A stretch of DNA of 64,000 bases from a phage, in the sequence record PZ154897.1. One strand, 5' to 3'. Both the position numbers and the translations under genes were made by a program. Below the pieces are notes generated by a model. It worked only from the letters and a program-made list of their open reading frames with translations, had not been told where the DNA came from and did not search any database. Below, one piece after another: positions 9,544 to 19,275 of this stretch (position 1 is its first letter; every line of letters begins with the position of its first letter).

Positions 9544-9633
9544 GCATTGATAAGTACTAAACTATACTGCGAATAAAATTCTGGACCAAAATGAAAAATC
9601 ATATCATTTATAGTATCAATAATATAATTCAGT

Positions 9634-10104
9634 TTAATCATGTTTCCACACCCCATCGGTATTTGACCAAAGTCGCTGATTATCTGAACCTCGCCACAGC
9701 TTTTTGGTTGGAAGATTTTTCTCATACTTCCCATCAATAATAACATCAACATATTTAAGCATTTCTAGTTGTTTAATATCTTCAAACTTGTACCCTGTCC
9801 ACAACCAAATGCTTTTATTTGGATAAAGATTTTTTACAGTTTGAACAATGCAATGAACATCATCTCGGTTATCAGGATAAAGAGGGTCACCTCCAGTTAT
9901 AGTTAATCCTTCTATATAATCATTATTCAAACATTCAATTAATTGTTCTAGTGTTTCACCAGTAAATGGAACGCCATTTCTAGCATTCCATGTTGATTTA
10001 TTATAACACCCTTCGCATTTATGCAAACAACCTGTAACGAAAAGAACTGTCCTGCATCCAGGACCATTAACAAAGCAGCACGGGTATATTCTGTCATAAT
10101 TCAT
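9634..10104 (-). CDS. nrdG: Anaerobic ribonucleotide reductase activating protein NrdG (radical SAM)
   Basis: CxxxCxxC cluster motif CLHKCEGC; start set at ATG 10104 (156 aa), which forms an ATGA overlap with the stop of the upstream endonuclease gene. Confidence 0.85.
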   Translation of the reverse strand: MNYDRIYPCCFVNGPGCRTVLFVTGCLHKCEGCYNKSTWNARNGVPFTGETLEQLIECLNNDYIEGLTITGGDPLYPDNRDDVHCIVQTVKNLYPNKSIWLWTGYKFEDIKQLEMLKYVDVIIDGKYEKNLPTKKLWRGSDNQRLWSNTDGVWKHD

Positions 10105-10931
10105 AATAATATCCAATTTTTCCAAGCTTCATCAGTAGAATTACAGCGTTTTAGTATAAGATGTCTAGAAACTTTTATGGCATTTGAGCACTTTTTAATT
10201 GAATCATATTTAATACCGTCAACTGAAACGGTTTTGCTAGTTGGAGAAATTTTTCCATACATTGGATTTTTTGAACCAACTTGAAGTCCTTTTAAAGCTT
10301 TTGAAAGCTTTTGTCTAGATTCCAATGACATGGGAGAATTCTTTTTACCTTCAATAATTCGCTTGCGATGAAGTTCGCGTTCTTCTTCACTCAAAGAATT
10401 GTAATATTTTTTAACACCGTTTGATATAGATAATTTATCTTTCTCAGACCGCTCTCCAGCTAATTTACTTCTAACATCTTTTCGCTTCATAGCTATGCTT
10501 ACGGCTTTATTTAAATTTGCTTGATGCTCTGGCGTACGTTTATATTTCTTTAAAGCACGTGAAATAGCTATTTTAGTTTCTTCTGTTCTCTTTTTACCTT
10601 TATTTGCTAAACTATTTTTGCGGCGATGTTCAAGTGTCTGTTCATAGGCAGTTCCACCTTTTCCACCAGGTTTAATATTATATGTATTTTCTTTTAGACA
10701 ATACTCTTCGGTTACAAGTTCAGCTTCTTTATCATACATTTGTTTTTCATTATCAAAAACATGTAAAATTTCTTTATTAAAATTTTTTCTACCATATTTT
10801 AATAAAGCGGCACGAATCAATGTTCCTGACCCCATATAACCGTCATTTATGTTATCGGTGCTATGCGCACCGATATATTCCTTTGAATTAATTATATTTG
10901 TTATTTTATAAATTATATAATACCTATGCAT
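10101..10931 (-). CDS. GIY-YIG homing endonuclease, Seg-like, NUMOD3 plus C-terminal DNA-binding region
   Basis: 276 aa; N-terminus YIIYKITNIINSKEYIGAHS; paralogous to segB N-terminus at 38739..39404; overlaps nrdD 3' end by 8 nt. Confidence 0.8.
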   Translation of the reverse strand: MHRYYIIYKITNIINSKEYIGAHSTDNINDGYMGSGTLIRAALLKYGRKNFNKEILHVFDNEKQMYDKEAELVTEEYCLKENTYNIKPGGKGGTAYEQTLEHRRKNSLANKGKKRTEETKIAISRALKKYKRTPEHQANLNKAVSIAMKRKDVRSKLAGERSEKDKLSISNGVKKYYNSLSEEERELHRKRIIEGKKNSPMSLESRQKLSKALKGLQVGSKNPMYGKISPTSKTVSVDGIKYDSIKKCSNAIKVSRHLILKRCNSTDEAWKNWILL

Positions 10932-12741
10932 GTTTTACTCGTTTTACCATTTCTTTCATTTTACCTAAATTCCATGGAACAACGCTAGGAGTTCCAAGAT
11001 ATCCGCATGTTCTTCTTATTGTGTTCATCTTTTTAGGATCAGTTTCTCCACAAATAGAACAAACAAATCCGTTTTCAGTAGGAGTCATTTCATGGGTACT
11101 TCCGCATGTAAAACATTTATCTACCGGCATGTTAACACCAAAATAATCTAAATGTTGTGCAGCATAATCCCATATGGCCTCAAGGCCTTTTAAGTTATTT
11201 TTCATATCAGGAAGTTCAACATAAGAAATGTGACCACCTGTCGCAATGAAATGATATGGCGCTTCACGAGAAATCTTTTCAAACGGAGTAATATTTTCTT
11301 CTACTGAAACGTGGAAACTGTTAGTGTACCAGCCTTTATCAGTAACATCCTTTACACTTCCATATTTTTCAGTATCAAGTTTACAGAAGCGATAGCACAG
11401 GTTTTCAGCAGGTGTAGAATACAAGCTAAAAGCAAAACCGGTTCTTTCAGTCCACTGCTTAAGACGAGTATTCATTTTAGTTAAAATTTCTTGTCCAATA
11501 TCACGACCAACAAGAATATTCAATTCGTGAATACCAATGTATCCTAGGGACACTGAACTTCTACCGTTTTTAAATAACTCAATTATATCATCATCGGGTT
11601 TAAGACGAACCCCGAATGCACCTTCTTGGTAAAGAATAGGAGCAACAGTAGCTTTAACTCCTTTTAAGGAACTAATTCTACACATCAATGCTTCAAAACA
11701 TAAATCAATTCGTTCATTGAACAATTCGGCAAATTTCTGTTCATTGAACTGTGTTCCAATATAAGAATCTAGCGCAATGCGAGGAAGATTCAGTGTTACA
11801 ACGCCAAGATTATTACGTCCATCAAGAATTTCATTACCAGTCGAATCTTTCCATACGCTCAAGAAACTGCGGCAACCCATTGGAGAAACAGGAATAGATG
11901 AACCTGTGATAGCTTTATTGTTCTTAGCCGAAATGATGTCAGGATACATTCTTTTGCTTGCACACTCTAAAGCAAGCTGTTTAATATCATAGTTCGGATC
12001 GTCTTTATAAAGATTAACACCTTCTTCAACGAACATAACAAGTTTAGGGAAAATAGGAGTTATCCCGTCACGACCAAGACCTTTAATACGATTTTTCAGA
12101 ATTGCTTTCTGAATCATTCGTTCAGTCCAGTCAGTTCCCGTACCAAATGTAATTGTTACAAAAGGCGTTTGTCCGTTTGAACTAAAGAGAGTATTTACTT
12201 CATATTCATAAGCTTGGAACGCATCGTATACATCTTTTTCTGTTTTAGATTGGGCATAATTCAATGCATCTGCGATTTGCCATTTTTCCGCGTCCTCAAT
12301 ATGTTTCGCATAGGTGCGTTTAACATAAGGAGAAAGTACTTTATCTACATTCGCAAAAGTCGTTCCACCATATTGATGGGAAGCAACCTGTGCAGTAATT
12401 TGTGCCATAATTGCAGTAGCAACACCGATTGATTTAGGAGTTTCAATCTGTGCATTACCGAGCTTAAACCCGTTCTCAAGCATTCCTTTTAAATCTACTA
12501 AACAACAATTAGTAAAAGGCAATGATATACTGTAATCTAAATCATGAAAATGAATTAATCCGACGTTATGAGCATTTACAATATGGCTTGGAAGAATACT
12601 ACAAGCGATATGTTTAGAAACAATACCAGCCATTAAATCTCTTTTTGTTGGAAAGACACGAGAATCTTTGTTGGCATTTTCGGTATTTAATTCTTTATCT
12701 TTATTTGAAATAAAATTTAAAACATCTTTCTCTAAAGACAT
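10924..12741 (-). CDS. nrdD: Anaerobic ribonucleoside-triphosphate reductase NrdD, uninterrupted (no intron)
   Basis: 605 aa; C-terminal zinc ribbon CFTCGS...CSICG and glycyl-radical motif RTCGYLG. Confidence 0.93.
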   Translation of the reverse strand: MSLEKDVLNFISNKDKELNTENANKDSRVFPTKRDLMAGIVSKHIACSILPSHIVNAHNVGLIHFHDLDYSISLPFTNCCLVDLKGMLENGFKLGNAQIETPKSIGVATAIMAQITAQVASHQYGGTTFANVDKVLSPYVKRTYAKHIEDAEKWQIADALNYAQSKTEKDVYDAFQAYEYEVNTLFSSNGQTPFVTITFGTGTDWTERMIQKAILKNRIKGLGRDGITPIFPKLVMFVEEGVNLYKDDPNYDIKQLALECASKRMYPDIISAKNNKAITGSSIPVSPMGCRSFLSVWKDSTGNEILDGRNNLGVVTLNLPRIALDSYIGTQFNEQKFAELFNERIDLCFEALMCRISSLKGVKATVAPILYQEGAFGVRLKPDDDIIELFKNGRSSVSLGYIGIHELNILVGRDIGQEILTKMNTRLKQWTERTGFAFSLYSTPAENLCYRFCKLDTEKYGSVKDVTDKGWYTNSFHVSVEENITPFEKISREAPYHFIATGGHISYVELPDMKNNLKGLEAIWDYAAQHLDYFGVNMPVDKCFTCGSTHEMTPTENGFVCSICGETDPKKMNTIRRTCGYLGTPSVVPWNLGKMKEMVKRVKHA

Positions 12742-13553
12742 AATTCTAATTTATCCTTTTGAAATTCTTCGTCTAAATATGGGTTCCAACCCATTTTAAA
12801 CCTTTTGATGAAATTATCAATTCTAAATTTCGGTAAGTTTAAATCCGCAAAAATAGATGATTTACTTTTAAAATATGGACCTAAATAATCATATAAAATT
12901 TCTGCGTATTTTAACCATAATATACAAGTACCAGATTTAATTGCTCTCGGAGTTTTCCAAGGTTTTACACCATACATCGGATTTCCACTTCCTTTATGCC
13001 TGATAGAAGATGAAATTCCAATTTTAATTTTAGCTTCCTTTGTGTGCGAAAATCCATGATGTGGATTTTCTTTCCAGTATTTTTTAGAAGCTTCTGATAT
13101 TTTCTTTCTGGCTAAATTAGTATGATGCTTTCCATAAAATCCATGATTTTTACCTTTATTACGATTTCTTTTAATCATGGTTATTGATTGCTTTTCTCTA
13201 GTTTCTTTAGAAGGAGAAATACCATACGTTGTAAATTGACCGTCAGCATATGCTAAATTGAAATACTCTTTATTCCATATATCTTTTTCTATATTCTTTT
13301 GAAATTCAGCTTCAATGCTAGTTATTTGTTCATCTCCGACTAATTGAAAATATAATATTTCAACTTTCGGCGTTTCTTTCAACAGGGCTTTTTGAAATTC
13401 GGAAGATGACGAAGACGAATAATAAAATTTACCATTTTTATCAATAATATTCGTTCCGTCAAAAGTGCAATTGGTTTTACTTCCAATATAATAATATGGC
13501 GGGGTTTTAGCATTAATTCTACTAATAAATGATAGTTTATATACTACATTCAT
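12732..13553 (-). CDS. Putative homing endonuclease (GIY-YIG-like N-terminus, NUMOD3-type repeats)
   Basis: 273 aa; VYKLSFI...YYYIGSKTN; repeats GKHHTNLARKKISEASKKYW and GFSHTKEAKIKIG; ATGA overlap with gene 49 stop; overlaps nrdD start by 10 nt. Confidence 0.55.
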   Translation of the reverse strand: MNVVYKLSFISRINAKTPPYYYIGSKTNCTFDGTNIIDKNGKFYYSSSSSSEFQKALLKETPKVEILYFQLVGDEQITSIEAEFQKNIEKDIWNKEYFNLAYADGQFTTYGISPSKETREKQSITMIKRNRNKGKNHGFYGKHHTNLARKKISEASKKYWKENPHHGFSHTKEAKIKIGISSSIRHKGSGNPMYGVKPWKTPRAIKSGTCILWLKYAEILYDYLGPYFKSKSSIFADLNLPKFRIDNFIKRFKMGWNPYLDEEFQKDKLELCL

Positions 13554-14023
13554 TTTAAACTCTTTCTAAGCTGCTTCTTGAATGAAGCTATTAATTGTGT
13601 TTTGGTGTCAGATTCATTATATTCAAATCCTCTTTGAAGCATCTCGGCCATCATTTCCTCTTTTCCTAAACGAGAAAATTCCTTTGATTTATCTCCAACG
13701 AAGTTAGGGTGAATATTATTTTGGGTGTAATCGGATTTTAAATAAGTAAGTAAATTTTCTAACCATTCAAGATAATCAACACCTTGTCCCTTTAAGCCAG
13801 AACGATTAAATTTGTGCTTCATTTGACCTTCTGCGGCATTGCATAGATTACAAAGCAATCCACGTACCTTTCCTGCTTTTGGTCCATTTAATTCATGGTC
13901 ATGATCGAGGTGATTAGCTTGAACGTCAGGATTTAGTTCTCGTTGGCAAATTAAGCATTTACCATTTTGTGCATCATAAAATTTCTGTTTTTCTTCTTTA
14001 TATAATTTGCCAGTCAATAACAT
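13550..14023 (-). CDS. 49: Endonuclease VII (Holliday junction resolvase)
   Basis: 157 aa; zinc-binding cysteines CLICQ...CNLCN and HLDHDHE motif; matches T4 gp49 length. Confidence 0.9.
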   Translation of the reverse strand: MLLTGKLYKEEKQKFYDAQNGKCLICQRELNPDVQANHLDHDHELNGPKAGKVRGLLCNLCNAAEGQMKHKFNRSGLKGQGVDYLEWLENLLTYLKSDYTQNNIHPNFVGDKSKEFSRLGKEEMMAEMLQRGFEYNESDTKTQLIASFKKQLRKSLK

Positions 14024-14064
14024 AATAAACCCTTACCTTAAATAGATAAGGGTATTTATTATTT

Positions 14065-14568
14065 TCAAGTATTGTAAAACATTTGATTCAATCGCTTATA
14101 TTGCCGAATCTTTTGGTCAGAAAAAGAAATTTGAGTTTCAAGCCATTCAATATATTCTGCCGCAGCTTGCATCAAATTTCCTTCATAGCCATCATTGTTT
14201 TCTTGCGCAGCTAATTTAGCTAATGCATATGAAATGCGTTCACCTTGAAAAGCGGCTTTAGGTTTATGAATAGCTTGATCAACTCGTTCTACAACTTCTT
14301 CAATTTCGCCGTTTTCTACTGATTCAGTATTCCATAGGCACCAATATGTAATTGGCTTATCATAGATGTTAATAACCTTTCCGTCAGAAAGTTCAATTTC
14401 AATAATTCCAGTATCAGGTTCTATATCATCTTCACATTCTTTTGCAAGTTCACGAACTTTAAAGACAGTACCTGCACTAAGTTCCGGCCAGTAATTACAC
14501 AGCCCTTTATCAGCACGATTAATTCTAAACCACTTATCTACTGTAATCATGTCCCATCTCCATATCAA
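14065..14568 (-). CDS. Hypothetical protein at the position of T4 pin (protease inhibitor); identity not verified
   Basis: ORF track 167 aa; an internal Met 6 codons in would give 161 aa. Confidence 0.45.
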   Translation of the reverse strand: MIWRWDMITVDKWFRINRADKGLCNYWPELSAGTVFKVRELAKECEDDIEPDTGIIEIELSDGKVINIYDKPITYWCLWNTESVENGEIEEVVERVDQAIHKPKAAFQGERISYALAKLAAQENNDGYEGNLMQAAAEYIEWLETQISFSDQKIRQYKRLNQMFYNT

Positions 14569-14673
14569 TTATGTCATTTATTGTAGGTTCATTATATACT
14601 GTTTCTTCATCAGTGTAAACCGGTTCTTCCGGTTCTGGCTCTACTGTTTCCCATCTAGCCGCCCACCAAGGTT

Positions 14674-14994
14674 TTATAGCGTAATCCATTCTCGTATTGT
14701 CTGAGTTACTACACGTTCACGGGGCTCGACTAATTCAACAGTCGGAACTGCATAATACCAGTCAGAATGGTAAGAACCTGAGCGAGATTCATTTACAGAC
14801 ACATGAACGTTATGTTTTGGACTAAAATAAACACACTGACGATATTGACATTTACCGTCTTGCACCCAGTCTTCTATTTCGACAGGTTTAAGATAATCGG
14901 AAAAATCGAAATCATAGTTTTCTGAAAATGCATCATGGTCTTCAATGATTTCACTCAGAACTGCATCAACATCTAATTTATTTTCAATATTCAT
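14674..14994 (-). CDS. Hypothetical acidic protein, 106 aa
   Basis: ORF track. Confidence 0.45.
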   Translation of the reverse strand: MNIENKLDVDAVLSEIIEDHDAFSENYDFDFSDYLKPVEIEDWVQDGKCQYRQCVYFSPKHNVHVSVNESRSGSYHSDWYYAVPTVELVEPRERVVTQTIREWITL

Positions 14995-15004
14995 TTGTCA
15001 CCAA

Positions 15005-15214
15005 TTAATTTCGCAATTTATTAAGTTCTTCATAATCAATCCAGGATTCTAGTCCTGATGGCAAATCAGATTCAATTTCCCAAAGAAGCTCTTCAATTTT
15101 CTGAAGACGATCTAATTCTTCGGCTGGAATAGTAACCATTGACGGAGTTCTTGATACACTAATATCGTAAATCATATTTACCCCAGTTTGACCATGCAAT
15201 CGCCATATTTCCAT
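15005..15214 (-). CDS. Hypothetical small protein
   Basis: ORF track; N-terminus overlaps upstream ORF, real start probably internal. Confidence 0.35.
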   Translation of the reverse strand: MEIWRLHGQTGVNMIYDISVSRTPSMVTIPAEELDRLQKIEELLWEIESDLPSGLESWIDYEELNKLRN

Positions 15215-15393
15215 TTAGAAATAGACTTTTCACCATTAGAATAATAAACTTCGAGTTTAGCACGATTATTTTTAATTTGAATAACCTTTGCTGTCATCAA
15301 AGTTCCATACCCATAATAAACTGCAACCTCATCACCTACATATACCGCGCTTCCGCGGTAGTCATGGATATAATCAGTTCCTTCGAGCATCAT
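15178..15393 (-). CDS. Hypothetical protein, 71 aa
   Basis: ORF track; ATGA-type overlap with nrdC. Confidence 0.4.
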   Translation of the reverse strand: MMLEGTDYIHDYRGSAVYVGDEVAVYYGYGTLMTAKVIQIKNNRAKLEVYYSNGEKSISKWKYGDCMVKLG

Positions 15394-15653
15394 TTAAAGT
15401 ATTCCCGCAATTGGTCAAATCCACCAATATGACTTCCATCAGGAGCAAATACTTGTGGCATCGTCAGTCCAATTTGAGTATCACGACCTAGTTTCGTCAG
15501 AAGCTCAGCGATTTTCTCATCATCAAAAACACCTTTTTCCGGCATAATGTTGATAAATTCAAACGGCTGTTTCTTCACAGTCAAGAGACGTTTTGCATTA
15601 TCGCAATACACACATTTGTGGATGTTGCTATCATAACCATATACTTTAAACAT
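15390..15653 (-). CDS. nrdC: Thioredoxin/glutaredoxin NrdC
   Basis: 87 aa with CVYC active site (MFKVYGYDSNIHKCVYCDNAKRLL). Confidence 0.87.
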   Translation of the reverse strand: MFKVYGYDSNIHKCVYCDNAKRLLTVKKQPFEFINIMPEKGVFDDEKIAELLTKLGRDTQIGLTMPQVFAPDGSHIGGFDQLREYFK

Positions 15654-15654
15654 A

Positions 15655-15912
15655 TTATTCCTTAATTCCTAGTACTTGTTTAAAAGTCTCGTCGTAATCA
15701 AGACTTTGGCCCGTTTGTTCTTTATGTTTGTATATAATATCACTTACTTCTGATAGCATATTTTTATATGAACGAGTTAAAGCAGATTTAAGCACGCTGT
15801 ATCTATCAGGAAATTTACCGTGTTCATTATAATACGCTATTGCTAATTCACGGACTGCCTTTTCAGCAATCTCCATATATTCTTTACGCTTTTTCATTTT
15901 CTTCTCGGTCAA
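15655..15912 (-). CDS. Hypothetical protein, 85 aa
   Basis: ORF track. Confidence 0.45.
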   Translation of the reverse strand: MTEKKMKKRKEYMEIAEKAVRELAIAYYNEHGKFPDRYSVLKSALTRSYKNMLSEVSDIIYKHKEQTGQSLDYDETFKQVLGIKE

Positions 15913-16201
15913 ATCGGTGTTTGCAATGACGACATTTATAACGAAGAATACTAGTCTGCCAATGAACTAATTGTACCTGTTCAGTACCACATTTTGGGCA
16001 GTTCGGAACATTCTTAGAAGCCCTTTCGCGGCGTTCAACCATAACCATAATAGCATCCCATGCCGGAGGTTTAAAATCTAAATCGTCACAACCATGAATC
16101 TTTCCACGCATTTCCAGATCGTCTTCTTCACCAGCCATAATAATTTTAATTAGACTAGAATTACTTGAAGCTGCAATGTCTTCTAATAGACGCTTTTTCA
16201 T
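15884..16201 (-). CDS. Zinc-ribbon protein, 105 aa
   Basis: CPKCG...CRHCKH four-cysteine motif. Confidence 0.45.
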   Translation of the reverse strand: MKKRLLEDIAASSNSSLIKIIMAGEEDDLEMRGKIHGCDDLDFKPPAWDAIMVMVERRERASKNVPNCPKCGTEQVQLVHWQTSILRYKCRHCKHRFDREENEKA

Positions 16202-17127
16202 TTCAATACCTCAATAGCATTACGTAAACCATTTGCTTTTGCATTAAGAGCTTTTAACAATTTGGTGTGTTCGGCAATCTGGGCTTCAACTTCAACCAAT
16301 CGAGATTTGAGATATTCACGTTCTTCACTCAGGTTATCAACCTTTTCTACTTTAGGTTCTTTTACATCTGGCTTATATGTATTAGGGTTCTTCAGTTTAA
16401 TTAGAATGCGTGAACTGTATAACATTGAACCATTATCTTCGGTTTCGTCATACATTTCCACTACGTCCATAATTTTTAGCATCATGCGGAGTTTATAAGA
16501 CAACGAACGAATAGTTTTGTTATGCTTATTAATTTCTCTAGCATTCATGGTGCCGAGATTACGTGAGTAATAATAAGGAACCTGGATATTAATTAATACT
16601 GATGAACCACCTGGCTTGTGTGTTACTTCATCAGCAATAACCCAATCCTTAACATGAACTGTATTTGTACGGTCATCACCCGCGGTAAACAGTTTGCGAG
16701 CATGCTTAAAAAGCATATTCACTTGGTCATTGAATTGACAAGCAAATTTATCAGCAAATTTAGTTTCAGGAATGGTAGATAACCAATCAGCCAAATGAGT
16801 CTTTTTAACATCGTTAACAATAGTAAATTCAACCAAATCAGTTATAGATGTCTCAGATTTAATAAAGCTCGGCTTCATAAAGTTTTTAATGTTATCGCGA
16901 GCTACAGTAGAAGATAACATACGAGAACGTTTAAACCATTCAAGCAAATTGCCTAACGAATGAGAATAAGCGTTTTGAGTATCTTTACAGATATGATTTT
17001 CCTGGCCAACATATTGAAGGAAATCACGAAGAATATTATTGATTACTGCTCTGTGCCCGATTTGATAATTACGGTGTTTAGTAATAAGACTGTCAAAATA
17101 ATCAATATAATGTTTACGAGTTTTCAT
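16198..17127 (-). CDS. Hypothetical protein, tandem paralog A; globular N-domain plus C-terminal coiled coil
   Basis: 309 aa; shares motif MLFKHARKLFTAGDD with the three downstream ORFs; heptad-like C-terminus. Confidence 0.6.
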   Translation of the reverse strand: MKTRKHYIDYFDSLITKHRNYQIGHRAVINNILRDFLQYVGQENHICKDTQNAYSHSLGNLLEWFKRSRMLSSTVARDNIKNFMKPSFIKSETSITDLVEFTIVNDVKKTHLADWLSTIPETKFADKFACQFNDQVNMLFKHARKLFTAGDDRTNTVHVKDWVIADEVTHKPGGSSVLINIQVPYYYSRNLGTMNAREINKHNKTIRSLSYKLRMMLKIMDVVEMYDETEDNGSMLYSSRILIKLKNPNTYKPDVKEPKVEKVDNLSEEREYLKSRLVEVEAQIAEHTKLLKALNAKANGLRNAIEVLK

Positions 17128-17179
17128 GTTCTTCTCACTTGGTTAATGATTTATACTCCGAGCCATCCTTGGCTTTAAA

Positions 17180-18181
17180 TTACTTAATTAATTGTAAAGC
17201 TTGTTCCAGACGATCCAGACGATTAACAGATTCTTCCCAAATCCTTTTAGTCTTCTCATATTCTTTCTGTGCTTTATTAGAAATTTCTAGAGCTTCTTTA
17301 TAAGCTTTTTCTAATGCAATAACTTCTGGACGAATTTCTACCGGTTCAGGTGAATCGTCAAGACATTCCATTAGTTCCTCAAGGGTAGTTTCTTCTTTAG
17401 GAGTATTCACAATTTCTTCGCATTTTTGTTGATAAATTTCTTTATCAGTCGGTGAGTACGCACGCTTTACTTCACGAAGGCTAATTATAATTTTATATCC
17501 TTCCCAACCACACATATTTTTGAAAGGATATGTATGAATACTTTTTACAGTTTCCATACAGCCCAAAGCCGCCTCTAATTGATAAGTTATAGTGCTAGCA
17601 ATTGAGAAAAATTTATTAATATTCTTTTGGTTAGCGTTTGGTGTAAAAAATCCATAATTCACAAAAATAGCTACTTTATTTTTATCAAGCTCATATTCTT
17701 TTACGATAATCATATCAGAAGCCAAAGGATGAATTTGACGATAATCGCCATAGCATAATTTAGAAGCTGATTTTAGAATTTGTCCTTTAAAAAGTCTGAA
17801 ATTACTAATCCAACGACGAGTAAAAATATTCTCAGGGTCTTCTTTATTATTAAGATGATAAGAATTAACATCACCGAACCAATTATATCCTACTACATCT
17901 TTAGTTCGTTTAATTTCTTTCCCAAATTTACTAAGAATATCTCTGTTGACTAAGTATGAAAGAAGACGAGACCCTTTAAAGGTTTTCTTAATGTCTTCTT
18001 TATCTGTACGACTAGAAATTTCACGAACTTCATGAATAAATTTGCCAGAAGAAACAATACTTGCATCAGTATTATTGAGCCATTGATTGATAATAGAAAT
18101 CAAACTATTCTGACTAGACATAGGTTTAACTTTATCATCAATAACGCTGTTGAACGATTTGATATATTCGTTGCGAGTCAT
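17180..18181 (-). CDS. Hypothetical protein, tandem paralog B
   Basis: ORF track 17180..18232 trimmed to ATG 18181 (SD GAGGAG), because an early promoter occupies 18210-18239; motif RLFKGQILKSASKLCYGDY. Confidence 0.6.
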   Translation of the reverse strand: MTRNEYIKSFNSVIDDKVKPMSSQNSLISIINQWLNNTDASIVSSGKFIHEVREISSRTDKEDIKKTFKGSRLLSYLVNRDILSKFGKEIKRTKDVVGYNWFGDVNSYHLNNKEDPENIFTRRWISNFRLFKGQILKSASKLCYGDYRQIHPLASDMIIVKEYELDKNKVAIFVNYGFFTPNANQKNINKFFSIASTITYQLEAALGCMETVKSIHTYPFKNMCGWEGYKIIISLREVKRAYSPTDKEIYQQKCEEIVNTPKEETTLEELMECLDDSPEPVEIRPEVIALEKAYKEALEISNKAQKEYEKTKRIWEESVNRLDRLEQALQLIK

Positions 18182-18209
18182 ATTAATCTCCTCAGTAGAA
18201 AGTAAGAAC

Positions 18210-18239
18210 ATTATACCACATCCTTGTGGCAAAGTAAAC
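18210..18239 (-). promoter_or_regulatory. T4-type early promoter (-35 GTTTAC, 17-bp spacer, TGGTATAAT)
   Basis: Plus-strand attatacca at 18210-18218 and gtaaac at 18234-18239. Confidence 0.55.
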
Positions 18240-19267
18240 TAGTTTAGTGCATTTAGTGCATTGTTCAGTTTAGAACGTTGCTTCGTGAGATTTTTGACTT
18301 TTTCTTGAGCTTTTTCTAGCATCTTTTCAGCTTCTAGCACTTCATTAGTTGCTTTAACGAGTTCATCATCTACTGCCTTGATAGACTTCTCAATCGCATC
18401 TGCATGCCATTTTTCAACAGGTTTAAGACTCGGATTTTCAACAGGAAGAAAATTCACTTTATTGAATTTCCATTCATCCTTATTACCTGAACTATACATC
18501 CAAAATTTAGGATCGTTTGATAAGTAATTGGATAAATTTAAATTTAAGTTATCTTGCACTTCCTGCTTTTTCTCTTGCGTGACTTCGTCCTTTCTCAAAA
18601 AATCGTATTTAAATGAAACGATCATATCAAGTTCATATGTTGTTGTGTCTAATTTAAATCGTTCGAAATGCTGTGAAATCTTAGACTGAACAGCAGCAAC
18701 AACATCCATATACTTAAATGCTTCTGTCAACTGCGATTTAAGGCATTCGCAAATTGAAAGAGAATTTTTTGTATTAGGTTTAAAGCTAATTCGTGCGGTT
18801 CTATTATTTTCTTTTAATGGTCTTACTTCCATCTGAAGAGTATAACCATCAAATTTCAGATTCTTTAAATTAATATCAGAACCTTTTAATCGACTCGCAG
18901 TTGATAAAATTTGCTTTAATTGCCTACGGAACAGAGCAATAAATCTCCATTCAATACGATAATGATTTGGATTGAAAAATCCAGATGATAAATCGACCTT
19001 ACTTTGGCCAACGCCTTGAACAAATAGAGGATTTTTATAATCAATAGTTTTACAGAAATCGGTGAGCTGCTCACGAGCAGTCATTTGTGTAATATATCCC
19101 GCTTTATTAAAATTACGCACCCATTCACTGCTATTCGTATACTTAAAGTGATGAATAACACGATTAACTTTATCAGGGTCTAAATTATTTTCACACAAAA
19201 ATGTCATAACATCACGAGTATAGCTGGCATTACGAACCATATCTTCAATTTGAGAACGAGTTTTCAT
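18239..19267 (-). CDS. Hypothetical protein, tandem paralog C
   Basis: 342 aa; motif LFRRQLKQILSTASRLKGSD; coiled-coil C-terminus. Confidence 0.6.
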   Translation of the reverse strand: MKTRSQIEDMVRNASYTRDVMTFLCENNLDPDKVNRVIHHFKYTNSSEWVRNFNKAGYITQMTAREQLTDFCKTIDYKNPLFVQGVGQSKVDLSSGFFNPNHYRIEWRFIALFRRQLKQILSTASRLKGSDINLKNLKFDGYTLQMEVRPLKENNRTARISFKPNTKNSLSICECLKSQLTEAFKYMDVVAAVQSKISQHFERFKLDTTTYELDMIVSFKYDFLRKDEVTQEKKQEVQDNLNLNLSNYLSNDPKFWMYSSGNKDEWKFNKVNFLPVENPSLKPVEKWHADAIEKSIKAVDDELVKATNEVLEAEKMLEKAQEKVKNLTKQRSKLNNALNALN

Positions 19268-19275
19268 GGTATTCC

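Noticed and set aside
9528-9752. 74-aa minus-strand ORF
   Set aside because: Mostly overlaps the 3' end of nrdG in a different frame; at most a short downstream peptide could be real.
10924-12741. Expected a group I intron with an intron-encoded endonuclease inside nrdD, as in phage T4
   Set aside because: The nrdD reading frame is continuous for 605 codons from ATG to the glycyl-radical C-terminus; no interruption or intron-like structure is visible. The endonuclease genes are flanking, not internal.
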